In this document: one piece after another, positions 29,394-43,074 of the stretch
Layout of the letters: every line of letters begins with the position of its first letter
Numbering within the stretch: the first letter of the stretch is position 1
Assembly: GCA_963768055.1 (NCBI GenBank)
Contig: CAVYGN010000001.1
Location: 832,001-896,000 of the forward strand
Length of the DNA stretch: 64,000 nucleotides
From: an uncultured Spirochaetota bacterium
GTDB lineage: Bacteria > Spirochaetota > Brevinematia > Brevinematales > JAOACQ01
Reading direction: 5' to 3'
Notes under the pieces: generated by a model
The model's input: only the letters and a program-made list of their open reading frames with translations
Told to the model about the DNA's origin: nothing
Database searches by the model: none
Position numbers and translations under genes: made by a program

Positions 29394-30140
29394 TTATTCT
29401 ATAATGCTGAATTTCCTGCGGACTACATCATTGGGAAAGGCGTTAAAATGCCACCATTCGTTGACGATGGGCTCAAAATCGGCCTGTTCCATGATTTTCC
29501 GGAGCAGGAGACGGTTGGAGATTTCATTATCGCTTAGAGGTCCTGAAAGCTTTATATCGTTTTCAATCATTTCCTTTACATTTTTATCGAGTCTCGCGTT
29601 TTTTACCGTTTCCGGATAGAGAAAATAATCTTCATACCTCGGCTGAGCCTTGACCCCGAAATAGTCGAATGGAGTCCCCATATCCAGCGGATTGCCTTTA
29701 TTATCGGTAATTGTCAGGTCGACGGCGGCTCCGTAATTATGGATCGATCCGTATTTTGGATTTCCGACATAAAACATTTTCGGCGTGCCCTTTACTATTT
29801 TCCACATCTGGTACTGGACCCTGCGGGGCCGCAGGCCGTCATAGATAAATAAACTGTAGCCGGGGCGCTTTTCCCTTAAGATTCTCTGCGCATTCGTCAG
29901 CTTGTCGGCCGCTTCCCTCCTCAGGTAGCAAATCCGAAGATTTCTGTAAACGTTTTTACCGAGGAAATTATTTGTCGTGGCGTACATCAATTTTACGCCT
30001 ATCGACGGGTCAAGGGCTTGAACATCGACAAGGTTTTCCCGTTTTATCACATCATCGCTTATCAAAACTTTGTCAAAGGAAAATAGAGCCGCCGCGAAGA
30101 CAGTAAGAAATAAAAATATCCGAACCTTTCTTATAAACAT
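29394..30140 (-). CDS. Secreted M15D-family D-Ala-D-Ala dipeptidase (VanX/DdpX-like)
   Basis: Signal peptide; YDGLRP, SIHNYGAAVD, DMGTPFD, EWWHF. Confidence 0.88.
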   Translation of the reverse strand: MFIRKVRIFLFLTVFAAALFSFDKVLISDDVIKRENLVDVQALDPSIGVKLMYATTNNFLGKNVYRNLRICYLRREAADKLTNAQRILREKRPGYSLFIYDGLRPRRVQYQMWKIVKGTPKMFYVGNPKYGSIHNYGAAVDLTITDNKGNPLDMGTPFDYFGVKAQPRYEDYFLYPETVKNARLDKNVKEMIENDIKLSGPLSDNEISNRLLLRKIMEQADFEPIVNEWWHFNAFPNDVVRRKFSIIE

Positions 30141-30183
30141 ATTATCCTAATAAATCCAGGTAATCAGAAATTTCAGTCCCTTG

Positions 30184-31566
30184 TTACTGGACTTGAAATT
30201 CTGCATTGTTAAAATTCAGGTTATGCACATTTCCGGTATTTGTTATATAATATACGTCACTCGTTCCTTGAAGGGGGCTTATTGTCAGGAATTCCGTAAA
30301 AATCCTTTTCGACGAGTTTTTGTAAACATATTCTCCGTTATCACCGCCTCCGCAATCTCCACCCCCGCCCCCGCCCGTATCTACCCATTGGCCCAGCTGG
30401 GTTACGATATAACCGAAAATCCTGAGGCTGACGCCGGTGTCGTGCGATGTTTTCAGAACCTCGTAATTTCCAAGAATAAAATATTTATTTGCTTTTCCAT
30501 CATCGGAAACTATGCTGCCTTCAGCATAAATGCTTCCATCGGAGCGGATCCTAATCTGGAGGTCGATGGAGGAATCTTCATTTTGGCTTATTGATTTTAT
30601 GTTATTATCGAGAATATTGACGACATCCGCGGTAGAAAAAGCGCCCCGGTTATACTTAATGTTGTCTTTTAAGTAATCGATCGGGTCGATCAGGAAATAT
30701 TGATTGCCGTTATAAAAGCGAAGTTCGCTTATTACCAGGTCCTTGTATGATTTTCCGGCAAAACCATCCAATATCGTCATTTTAAGGTAATCCCCTTTGA
30801 ATGTATTTGACAATTGGAACTCCTGGGGCCCCATTACATCCCTGAAATTGAGAGTCTGGGTGAAACCCCTGCCGTCTTCCAGCATCAAAGTCTTGATCCT
30901 GCTGTTTGCCTCGTAATGGACCTTCGAGCGCTGATAACCGTTCCAGAATTTAACGGCTGTGATCGTTTGAGGCTCAGAGAACTTGAATTCGATCACGTCC
31001 CCGCTTTTTTTATGGTTCGACGACCAGCCGTATTCCGCACGGGAGTCGAAAATACCCCAGATGCTGTAAGAACGTACCGGGTCAAGCGTAGAAGTCGCAG
31101 TGACGCTCCCTTTAACGGATTTTGCCGCTGAAATTGCAATTTCTTTATTGTTTTTATCGAAGAACTTGATTTTCTTTATCGATATTTCATCGTTATGGCC
31201 GAAGTTGACGGTTACGGATTGCACGTTACCGTTAAAAGCAACCTCCGTGGCGATTTTGTTGCTGACCGGGATGATATAATAAACTGCGTCCTGGACATTG
31301 ATAAACACCGTTACTCCCCATGTCATAACTCTGCCTGTTTCAATTTCAACTCCTCCCAGTTTAACAGGCTTGTCGAAGAGAAAGTCGACTTTGACATATC
31401 CGGCATAAGGATCGGCATCCCAGGTCTTGCCTTCGAAAATATCGTAGGGAAGGCTGTCTTTAACCGATGTTGTGGAAATTATGGATATACTGGCCGTTGT
31501 TTCTGAGAAACAACAGATAGAGGTTAAAAATAAAATGGACAAAATAACCGCAGATGTTTTTTTCAT
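30184..31566 (-). CDS. Secreted protein with an NADase-type glycan-binding (discoidin-like) domain
   Basis: Signal peptide; ATSTL...IFD...YGWS...NGYQRS..YEANSRIK...LVISEL pattern. Confidence 0.6.
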   Translation of the reverse strand: MKKTSAVILSILFLTSICCFSETTASISIISTTSVKDSLPYDIFEGKTWDADPYAGYVKVDFLFDKPVKLGGVEIETGRVMTWGVTVFINVQDAVYYIIPVSNKIATEVAFNGNVQSVTVNFGHNDEISIKKIKFFDKNNKEIAISAAKSVKGSVTATSTLDPVRSYSIWGIFDSRAEYGWSSNHKKSGDVIEFKFSEPQTITAVKFWNGYQRSKVHYEANSRIKTLMLEDGRGFTQTLNFRDVMGPQEFQLSNTFKGDYLKMTILDGFAGKSYKDLVISELRFYNGNQYFLIDPIDYLKDNIKYNRGAFSTADVVNILDNNIKSISQNEDSSIDLQIRIRSDGSIYAEGSIVSDDGKANKYFILGNYEVLKTSHDTGVSLRIFGYIVTQLGQWVDTGGGGGGDCGGGDNGEYVYKNSSKRIFTEFLTISPLQGTSDVYYITNTGNVHNLNFNNAEFQVQ

Positions 31567-31587
31567 GATTAACTCTCCTCAATTTAT

Positions 31588-32955
31588 TTATTTTTTCATA
31601 AAAGTTTCGATAAATTCCGGCAGTGTCTTTCCGAAATCGGGCCGGCTGCCGGCCGGAACTAAAACAGGCAGGTTAGCTTTATAATCGGGGTTGAAAGCGA
31701 TTTTGACCGCAGGATGGTCGGCCCCGTCCGGATCGATTTTAGCCAGAAAAAGCGCCGTAAGCTCGTTTCTGCTGCGTTTTGTGGAAAATACTATCCACCG
31801 GGCGTCAGACGACCAGGCATGCCAGGAATTCATAGTTCCCGGTATGTTAAGAGAGAGCTTTTTAATATTCCCGGTTTCCAGCGCATAAAGCCAGATGCTG
31901 CTTGATTTCCGGGCAAAATACCCTTTAGAAGCGTCACCGGAAACAAAGGATATGAATCTCCCGTCAGGAGAAAATTTAGGAAAATAGCAGTAATCCGAAG
32001 GTGGGTTTTTCAATAAGGGAACCGGCCTGCCCCCTTTGCCGCTATTGTAAGGAACAAGGAACAGCCTGACAGGTTTCAGAAGATTCGTTCCGGGGTCCGG
32101 TTTATAACGGCAGAAAACAATGGTCTTGCCGTCGGGGCTCCATGAGGGCATATCATTCACATAATTCGAGTCTGAAGCGCCAGGCAGCGGCAAAATCTTC
32201 CCTCCTGCCGGATCGAAAATTTCAATATCCCCGGCGCTGTAGGTCATATCGAAAGGCTCGCTTACATTGCTTTTTATATCGATCATGGATCTGGAATTCC
32301 TGACTATAGCTGCAACGCTGCCGTCCGGCGAGATGCTGATAAATGAAAACTCCCCAATGCTGAACTGCTGTAAAACATCCCCATATTGCGATGATTTTCC
32401 AAAAATGAGGCGGCGGTCGGACCCCTTTTTCAAGTTCAGAAGGCCGTTATCCCTGCCGTAGGAATGACAGCCTACGCAGGTGTTTTTAAGTTCTACCCAG
32501 GATGACTCTTTTCCCTCATCGAGGGACAGAGTTTCGATAAAAGCGTCCTGCTGCGGGTTGAAAAGAGGCTCTACAAGCCGGTATATGATTATGTCTTTAA
32601 AAGCAGATTGATCCACAGTTACATGTATGGAATCACCAGGGTTCGAATCGCTTAAAGGATCCGGGACAATATTGAAAAATATTTCATCATTTTTTAAAAA
32701 AGGTTCAAATGAACCATCCTTGAAAACATAACGGGAGCCGGTTACTGAAAAGGATAAATCCGATTTACCGGCATGGATCGACAATCTGTATTTTTTATTA
32801 GTATCGCCGTCATCTTCCCAGTCGATAATGGGGTGGCGCCAGTTAGAGGGCACGACCGCCCTATCGTTTATCCCGGTAAATCTGACCTGTGAACCATGGG
32901 CTTTCAAAGGATAAGCGAGGAAAAACGTAAGAATAAAAAAAATAAAAAGCTTCAT
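31588..32955 (-). CDS. Secreted TolB-like beta-propeller (PD40 repeats) with a CxxCH motif
   Basis: Repeats ISPDGS, PSWSPDGK, PKFSPDGR, HAWSSDAR; CVGCH. Confidence 0.8.
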   Translation of the reverse strand: MKLFIFFILTFFLAYPLKAHGSQVRFTGINDRAVVPSNWRHPIIDWEDDGDTNKKYRLSIHAGKSDLSFSVTGSRYVFKDGSFEPFLKNDEIFFNIVPDPLSDSNPGDSIHVTVDQSAFKDIIIYRLVEPLFNPQQDAFIETLSLDEGKESSWVELKNTCVGCHSYGRDNGLLNLKKGSDRRLIFGKSSQYGDVLQQFSIGEFSFISISPDGSVAAIVRNSRSMIDIKSNVSEPFDMTYSAGDIEIFDPAGGKILPLPGASDSNYVNDMPSWSPDGKTIVFCRYKPDPGTNLLKPVRLFLVPYNSGKGGRPVPLLKNPPSDYCYFPKFSPDGRFISFVSGDASKGYFARKSSSIWLYALETGNIKKLSLNIPGTMNSWHAWSSDARWIVFSTKRSRNELTALFLAKIDPDGADHPAVKIAFNPDYKANLPVLVPAGSRPDFGKTLPEFIETFMKK

Positions 32956-32994
32956 TTAAAGATTTTATTTCAATCCATTCATCATGTCAAGCTG

Positions 32995-34839
32995 TCACTC
33001 TACAGTGACGCTCTTGGCCAGGTTTCTCGGCTTATCCACATCAAGGCCCTTTTCAACGGCGATATAATAGGCGAGCAATTGGAGGGGAATTACGTTTATT
33101 ATAGGTGAAAATTCCTCTATTGTTCTGGGAATAATAATAATATCATCGACATATTCCCCGATCGACTCGGTTTCTTCGTTTGTGACTGCGATGATACGGC
33201 CGTTGCGGGCCTTCACCTCACGTATATTGGAAACTATTTTTTCATAAAGCGGGTCTTTCGGAGCTATAAATACCACGGGCATATTTTCATCAATCAGAGC
33301 GATGGGGCCATGCTTCATCTCTGCTGCCGGATATCCCTCGGCGTGGATATATGAAATTTCCTTGAGTTTCAGGGCGCCCTCGAGGGCAATCGGATAATTA
33401 AAACCCCTTCCCAGGTATAAAAAATTCCTTTCACGCGAGTATTTCACTGCTATTTCTTTTATTTTATCGGCCTGATCCAGAACGCTCTGGATTTTATCCG
33501 GAAGAGTTATAAGCTCCTTCAGCAGTTTTTCCCCCTCGTAAAGGGGCATATTCTTAAGCCTGGAAAGGAAAATCGAGAGGAGAACAAGCGATACTAACTG
33601 GTTCGTAAACGCTTTTGTCGAGGCTACGCCGATTTCAGGCCCGGCGTGAAGATAAATTCCGCCGTCGCTTTCCCTGGCAAGAGTGCTTCCAATGACGTTA
33701 GTCAGTCCGATAACCTTGGCGCCCTTTCTTTTAGCCTCGCGCAAGGCTTCCAGGGTATCTGTGGTTTCACCCGATTGGCTGATCACTACTACAATGTTGC
33801 CCTCCTGGATAATCGGGTTTCTGTAGCGGAACTCCGAAGCGTAGTCAATCTCTACAGGTATCTCGGAGAAGCGCTCGATAATATACTTTCCTATGATTCC
33901 GGCATGCCAGCTTGTACCGCAGGCTGTTATAATTATCTTGTTAATCAGTCTTGCATTGGCTTCGGTAATGTTAAGTCCGCCGAATTTAACCGTGCCCTCG
34001 GAGAGAACGACGCGGCCGCGGAGAGCTGTCCTGACAGTTTCCGGCTGTTCGAATATCTCTTTAAGCATAAAAGTATCATAATTGTTTTTCGATATAGCGT
34101 CGATGTCCCAGTCGATTACGGATACTGTTTTTTCTATCCTTTCATAATTAAGATCGTAAGTTTTAAAATTTTCGGCTTTAATTACTACGATTTCCTGGTC
34201 GTCAATATAGACGACATTCTTAGTGTAAGGCATAATTGCGTTTACATCTGATGCGAAAAACATTTCACCGTCGCCTATTCCGACAACAAGCGGGCTTCCA
34301 TTGCGGGCCCCGACAATCTTGTAGGGTTCGTCAGAGCAAATTACGACAATTCCGTATGTTCCCTCCACAAGCTTCAGGGCCTCTACAACGGCAGACTGAA
34401 GGTTCCTGCCGTCTTCCTTGTAAGCTTCTTCGATAAGGTGGACGAGGACCTCAGTGTCAGTTTCGGATTTAAAAGTATGTCCCTTGGACTTTAAAAGCTC
34501 TTTAAGTATCTTATGGTTTTCTATAATGCCGTTATGGGCGAGAGATATTCTTCCGCTGCAATCGCTGTGAGGGTGCGAATTATCATGGGTCACCCCTCCA
34601 TGCGTTGCCCAGCGGGTATGGCCGATGCCTACCTTGCTGCAGACATTATGGATGTTTTTATAGACCTGATTTCTTAGGTTGCCTATCCGGCCGACGTCTT
34701 TCTCTGTTTGAATATTATTGTCGCAGTCTATAATAGCTATGCCCGCTGAATCATAACCCCTGTACTCAAGCCTCTGCAGGGAATCCAGCAATATTTCCTT
34801 TACATCGTTTCCGCCGATATAGCCGACAATACCGCACAT
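32995..34839 (-). CDS. glmS: Glutamine-fructose-6-phosphate transaminase
   Basis: Starts MCGIVG at ATG 34839; GHTRWATHG; ends PRNLAKSVTVE. Confidence 0.98.
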   Translation of the reverse strand: MCGIVGYIGGNDVKEILLDSLQRLEYRGYDSAGIAIIDCDNNIQTEKDVGRIGNLRNQVYKNIHNVCSKVGIGHTRWATHGGVTHDNSHPHSDCSGRISLAHNGIIENHKILKELLKSKGHTFKSETDTEVLVHLIEEAYKEDGRNLQSAVVEALKLVEGTYGIVVICSDEPYKIVGARNGSPLVVGIGDGEMFFASDVNAIMPYTKNVVYIDDQEIVVIKAENFKTYDLNYERIEKTVSVIDWDIDAISKNNYDTFMLKEIFEQPETVRTALRGRVVLSEGTVKFGGLNITEANARLINKIIITACGTSWHAGIIGKYIIERFSEIPVEIDYASEFRYRNPIIQEGNIVVVISQSGETTDTLEALREAKRKGAKVIGLTNVIGSTLARESDGGIYLHAGPEIGVASTKAFTNQLVSLVLLSIFLSRLKNMPLYEGEKLLKELITLPDKIQSVLDQADKIKEIAVKYSRERNFLYLGRGFNYPIALEGALKLKEISYIHAEGYPAAEMKHGPIALIDENMPVVFIAPKDPLYEKIVSNIREVKARNGRIIAVTNEETESIGEYVDDIIIIPRTIEEFSPIINVIPLQLLAYYIAVEKGLDVDKPRNLAKSVTVE

Positions 34840-34868
34840 GTTTTCCGCCCCTTCTGACACCGCTTAAA

Positions 34869-34897
34869 ATTATACCATACCGGCGCTGATTTTTAAA
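34869..34897 (-). promoter_or_regulatory. Sigma70 promoter of glmS
   Basis: On the minus strand: TTTAAA, 17 bp, TATAAT with extended -10 TG. Confidence 0.6.
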
Positions 34898-34898
34898 G

Positions 34899-39039
<4,141 letters not shown>

Positions 39040-39186
39040 ACGAATTCTCCGGTTTTTTATAGTAGGCAGTTCCTTGTCTATTTTAAACAGGGGCCAACAA
39101 ACCAAGGAGTCTAACAGTTATTCTTAGTTTCCGGCTAATATTAAATATAGACAATATTATATACTAATTTTTTCAAATTGTCATTT

Positions 39187-39263
39187 TAGGGCGCTTCCCT
39201 TCGGCCCTTCGGAAAGGTAGCCTCCCCTATCGGGGATAAACCCATCCGGGGATAAACGCCCTA
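39187..39263. repeat. Short multi-hairpin element (REP/MITE-like)
   Basis: TAGGGCG...CGCCCTA ends; CCCTTCGG x2; CGGGGATAAAC x2. 39211-39256 is a reverse-complement homologue of 62966-63009. Confidence 0.7.
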
Positions 39264-39422
39264 TAAGGGCAAGCATTTAAGTTAAATAACAAATTGTTAT
39301 CGCAAAAAAAACGAGATTCTTGAGTTATTATAACTGCCCTTTACTGTTTTTCATCGGAAAGTAAAGGCAAAATATGGACTTTTTATTTAAATAACCTTAG
39401 AATTCCCGGCGGAGAAAAAATT

Positions 39423-40697
39423 ATGATAAAAGAATCTCCCGGGATTTATAACATTTTTCCACGCCTTCTTGGCCCGGTTCGGGAATGGTCCGCCCGGCTA
39501 GATAGAATAAAAGATATGGGTTTTAATTGGATCTATTTGAACCCGTTTCAATATTCAGGATTCTCCGGGAGTCTTTATTCAATTAAGGATTATTACGGCT
39601 TCAACCCCTTATTCACAGGCCTTGATAAGTCGATTTCGCCTGAGGACCAGGTTAAAAAATTCATAATATCAAGCCATCGGCATGGGATCAAAGTAATGAT
39701 GGACCTTGTTATTAACCATACCGCGAAAGATCATCCCTTTACGACAGAGCATCCCGGGTGGTATAAAAAAAATGATAAAGGTGAAATACAGAGTCCGGGG
39801 GCCTGGGACAACGGGCAATGGACCGAGTGGGGCGATCTGGCTGAAATAGATAATGAGAATTCCACCAAGAAATACGAACTCTGGAATTATTGGAAAGATT
39901 TGTTGATTTACAATCTGGGCCTCGGATTTGACGGTTTCAGGGCAGATGCGGCTTACAGCGTTCCAGGGCAGCTATGGGAATTTCTGATCGGGTCTGCAGT
40001 TAATAAAAGAAAGGATGTTATATTTTTTGCCGAAAGCCTGGGCTGTTCCATCGATAAGACGATTGAACTGGCGGAAGCGGGATTTAATTTTATATTCAAT
40101 AGTTCAAAGTGGTGGAATTACAGGGATGAATGGCTTCTTGATCAATATACCCGCACAAGGGGTATTGTCTCATCGGTTTCTTTTCCCGAATCCCATGACA
40201 CCGCACGGCTGGCTTTTGAGTCGGGTGGAAATATCGATCTCATCAAGCAAAGGACACTTTTTACTGCATTTTTTTCTTCAGGATGGATGATCCCGATTGG
40301 TTTTGAATACGGATTTTTAAAAAAATTGGACGTAGTGAAAACAAATCCCGGAGATTGGGAAAACGTAAACATCGACCTGACAGGATTCATAAAAGAGATA
40401 AATAATTTCAAGAAGTCCTTCAATATTTTTAACGAAGAGTCTGAGGTTGTTTCCTTAAATGCCGGAAAGGAAAACGATATCCTGGTACTGCTGAAATCCT
40501 CCGAAAAATTTAAAGAAAAAGCCCTCATTCTTCTCAACAGGAGTAAAAGCGAATCTTATAGCGGCGATATCCGCAACTTTCTGCCGGGCTGTAAAACGGT
40601 CATTATATTTCCGGGAAAAGGCCACCGTGCCGATATAAAAGAACCGGTCTCTTTGAAACCGCTCGATGTGAAAATTATATACTGCAATTCAAAATAG
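39423..40697 (+). CDS. GH13 alpha-amylase-family protein (short GlgE-like)
   Basis: MDLVINHT, GFRADAA, FFAES and ESHDT catalytic regions. Confidence 0.85.
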   Translation: MIKESPGIYNIFPRLLGPVREWSARLDRIKDMGFNWIYLNPFQYSGFSGSLYSIKDYYGFNPLFTGLDKSISPEDQVKKFIISSHRHGIKVMMDLVINHTAKDHPFTTEHPGWYKKNDKGEIQSPGAWDNGQWTEWGDLAEIDNENSTKKYELWNYWKDLLIYNLGLGFDGFRADAAYSVPGQLWEFLIGSAVNKRKDVIFFAESLGCSIDKTIELAEAGFNFIFNSSKWWNYRDEWLLDQYTRTRGIVSSVSFPESHDTARLAFESGGNIDLIKQRTLFTAFFSSGWMIPIGFEYGFLKKLDVVKTNPGDWENVNIDLTGFIKEINNFKKSFNIFNEESEVVSLNAGKENDILVLLKSSEKFKEKALILLNRSKSESYSGDIRNFLPGCKTVIIFPGKGHRADIKEPVSLKPLDVKIIYCNSK

Positions 40698-40756
40698 AAA
40701 AGGGTGGCAGAAATACTCCCCTGGGGAAGATTTTTCGTCATACAGCCCCTTTCCTA

Positions 40757-41026
40757 CCGAATTAAAGACAATATGCGATTCTATTGAAGTTAATTTTTAA
40801 GCGCATATATGAAGGCAGCGTAGAGCCGCAAGGCGAAAAACAGCATAGCAAACGCTATACAATGCCGTTTATTGAAATTGATCGGTTATTTCAGATAAAA
40901 AAATTTTTTATTAAAAAAGAATTCGATCAGCGCTTGCTACTGTTTTGAACCTTAACGGCTCAAGCTGTCGAATATTGCGCGGAAAAAATTAACTTCATAA
41001 AGAGATTTGCAAATTGATCAAGTCGG
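40757..41026. repeat. ~270-bp long palindromic element, copy 1
   Basis: ~100-bp imperfect inverted arms (core TGAAGTTAATTTTT from 40785 and AAAAATTAACTTCA ending at 40997) around an AT-rich spacer. Confidence 0.85.
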
Positions 41027-41033
41027 CCCCGGC

Positions 41034-41243
41034 CTATTTCAGGTCTTTCTGGTCTATATATCCTTCAAGCATGGCTTTGCTGATATTTTCAGCCAATTTT
41101 TCAATGGCAAAAGAAATGTAATTCGGATCTTTTATTTTTTTTCTAAGCTGTTCCATCCTGGTCTGCGATAGTGAGCTTGAATTTGTTTTGACAATTATGC
41201 GGTGGAAATTCCGTTTTTTTTCAATTAAAACGTCTTCAATCAC
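41034..41243 (-). CDS. Small protein resembling the FlgM C-terminal (anti-sigma28) domain
   Basis: RMEQLRKKIKDPNYISFAIEKLAE; GTG start with GGAG RBS; last gene of the operon. Confidence 0.5.
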   Translation of the reverse strand: MIEDVLIEKKRNFHRIIVKTNSSSLSQTRMEQLRKKIKDPNYISFAIEKLAENISKAMLEGYIDQKDLK

Positions 41244-41260
41244 TTTTCACTCCGGGGTAA

Positions 41261-41611
41261 TTAATAAAATGACTTTATATGTTTAAATACGGGTCCGCTG
41301 TTTTTTATTTCAACGAACAGCGCATCAATACGGATCTCTTCGAACTCAAGTCCCGAATTGATAATATACATTTCGGCAGTTTTTAAAATCCTATTAGTTT
41401 TTCTTTTATCAATCGATAATTTAATATCGCCGTAATTCTTTTTAAATCTTGTTTTTACCTCGATGAGAACTAAAACATTTCCATCCTTAAAGATGAGGTC
41501 TATTTCGCCGTATTTATTCCTGTAATTTGAGTCGATAAAACAGTAACCCAGTCCGGCGAAAAACTGCTTCGCCAGGCTTTCCCCTTTTTCCCCAATGTCC
41601 CTGAATTTCAT
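41261..41611 (-). CDS. YraN (UPF0102) family protein
   Basis: GEKGE, NYRNKYGEIDLI, IEVKTR, RID. Confidence 0.92.
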   Translation of the reverse strand: MKFRDIGEKGESLAKQFFAGLGYCFIDSNYRNKYGEIDLIFKDGNVLVLIEVKTRFKKNYGDIKLSIDKRKTNRILKTAEMYIINSGLEFEEIRIDALFVEIKNSGPVFKHIKSFY

Positions 41612-42775
41612 TTAATCAATACTGAATTGCTTGGCATGGAGGGCCTTGACTATGTGTATGTCCCTTTCTTTAGACAGTCTCAGGACTGTGCCGTCAATGA
41701 CGTCGTCGCCGAACTCATCTTTTATTATCTTAACCGTCGGGCGGAAAGGGGATACGGGATCGGATGAGATGACTGTGGCTACGGCTTTGTTGCTCAACTG
41801 CACGTAACTTCCGACTGGATATATGGACATCATATTAATAAAAACTTTTAAAATTTCCGGATCGAATTTCTTGGATCCTTCCCCGAGGACCATTTTCATG
41901 GCGTCGTAAAAATCCTTGCCTTCCCTGTAAACCCTGTCTTTAGTGAGGGCTTCATAAGTATCGACGATGGAAACTATCTTGCTCATTTCTGAAATTTCAT
42001 GTCCCTTGATCTTTCTGGGATAACCGGTACCGTCAAATTTCTCATGGTGCTCAAGACCGACTCTGGCAACTTCCGTGGGAAGATTTATCTCTTTGGCTAT
42101 TATCTGGTAGCTGTAAATTGGATGTGTTTTAACCTGGTTGAATTCATCCTGACTAAGTTTTTCCTCCTTTTCCGTGATATAGGCGGGCACTTTTATCATT
42201 CCAATATCGTATACAAGCGTTGCGAGGGCAAGGTTTACCAGTTTAACAAGGGAATAACCGAGTTTTTGAGCCAATAAGACGGATAAGATAGTAGTATTTA
42301 TGATATGGCTTGCAAGATAATCTCCTTTTCCTGCTATGTTAACAAGGTTGATGAACAGTTCGGTCCTTTTCTCGGCCATTATCGTATTGACGATTTTTGT
42401 GGCCAGTTTCTGCACCCTTTCAGTATCTATAGTTTGTTCGTTACGGTACCTGTTATATGTGCCGTTGATATTCAAAATGCTCTCTTTATAGAAATCAAGG
42501 TATTTAGCTGTTTCTTTATCAAGTATTATGCTTTTTTTTTCAGCCGGCTGATTGGATGATTGTTCGCTGGTCGCGCCAGTTCCCAGATTGACTTCGGCTA
42601 AAAGCTCGCCTGCGGTTTCGACATATTTAACGTTCCTGTTTCTGAGATTCGCCAGCAGGTAGGTATCAAGAACTTTTCCTGCCGGAAGAACTATATTAAG
42701 ATTATTATCGAACAGCGATTTGTTAAATTTCATCCCCGGCCGCAGATCATTTAATTCTATTTTCCTCATCGGCAT
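41612..42775 (-). CDS. HD-GYP domain protein with YD in place of HD
   Basis: LVYDIGM, KTHP, HHEKFDGTGYP, KKFDP, IYPVGSYVQLS. Confidence 0.88.
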   Translation of the reverse strand: MPMRKIELNDLRPGMKFNKSLFDNNLNIVLPAGKVLDTYLLANLRNRNVKYVETAGELLAEVNLGTGATSEQSSNQPAEKKSIILDKETAKYLDFYKESILNINGTYNRYRNEQTIDTERVQKLATKIVNTIMAEKRTELFINLVNIAGKGDYLASHIINTTILSVLLAQKLGYSLVKLVNLALATLVYDIGMIKVPAYITEKEEKLSQDEFNQVKTHPIYSYQIIAKEINLPTEVARVGLEHHEKFDGTGYPRKIKGHEISEMSKIVSIVDTYEALTKDRVYREGKDFYDAMKMVLGEGSKKFDPEILKVFINMMSIYPVGSYVQLSNKAVATVISSDPVSPFRPTVKIIKDEFGDDVIDGTVLRLSKERDIHIVKALHAKQFSID

Positions 42776-42807
42776 ATTTCTTCCTCCGGGATATTACATA
42801 ATATATT

Positions 42808-43056
42808 TCAGCCCTTTAAAGAATACACGAAACTAAAAATTTCAGCAACTATTGTATATAATTCAGCCGGAATTTCCTCATTCTGCTTTAATCGGTATAG
42901 CGACTGAGCCAACTTATCGTTTCTATAAATCGGTATATTGTTCTTTTCAGCCAGGGAGATGATATAATCCCCGACAGCGCCTATGCCCTTAGCCAGGATA
43001 TAGGGGGCCGCATTCATATCATCATCATATTTTAAAGCCACAGCTTTATTCTGCAT
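42808..43056 (-). CDS. FlhB C-terminal-like protein (EscU/YscU/HrcU family, YlqH-like)
   Basis: AVALKYD..AP.ILAKG.G, EEIPAELY.IVAEI. Confidence 0.9.
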   Translation of the reverse strand: MQNKAVALKYDDDMNAAPYILAKGIGAVGDYIISLAEKNNIPIYRNDKLAQSLYRLKQNEEIPAELYTIVAEIFSFVYSLKG

Positions 43057-43074
43057 AAAATCCTCCTTTTAATA

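Noticed and set aside
29394..30140. Vancomycin-resistance locus from the VanX-like gene
   Set aside because: No vanH/vanA/vanRS neighbours; the signal peptide suggests a housekeeping dipeptidase.
30344..30377. Gly run (GGGGGGDCGGG) as a phase-variable tract
   Set aside because: Encoded by mixed GGN codons with no long homopolymer; more likely a flexible loop.
34840..34898. glmS ribozyme upstream of glmS
   Set aside because: Only about 60 nt separate tgt and glmS, mostly occupied by a promoter, which is too short.
39231..39257. CGGGGATAAAC repeats (and GGTTTATCCCCGC near 62980) resembling part of the type I-E CRISPR repeat
   Set aside because: Only 11-13 bp match, 5-nt spacing, no 30-35-bp spacers and no cas genes; better explained as a REP-like hairpin module.
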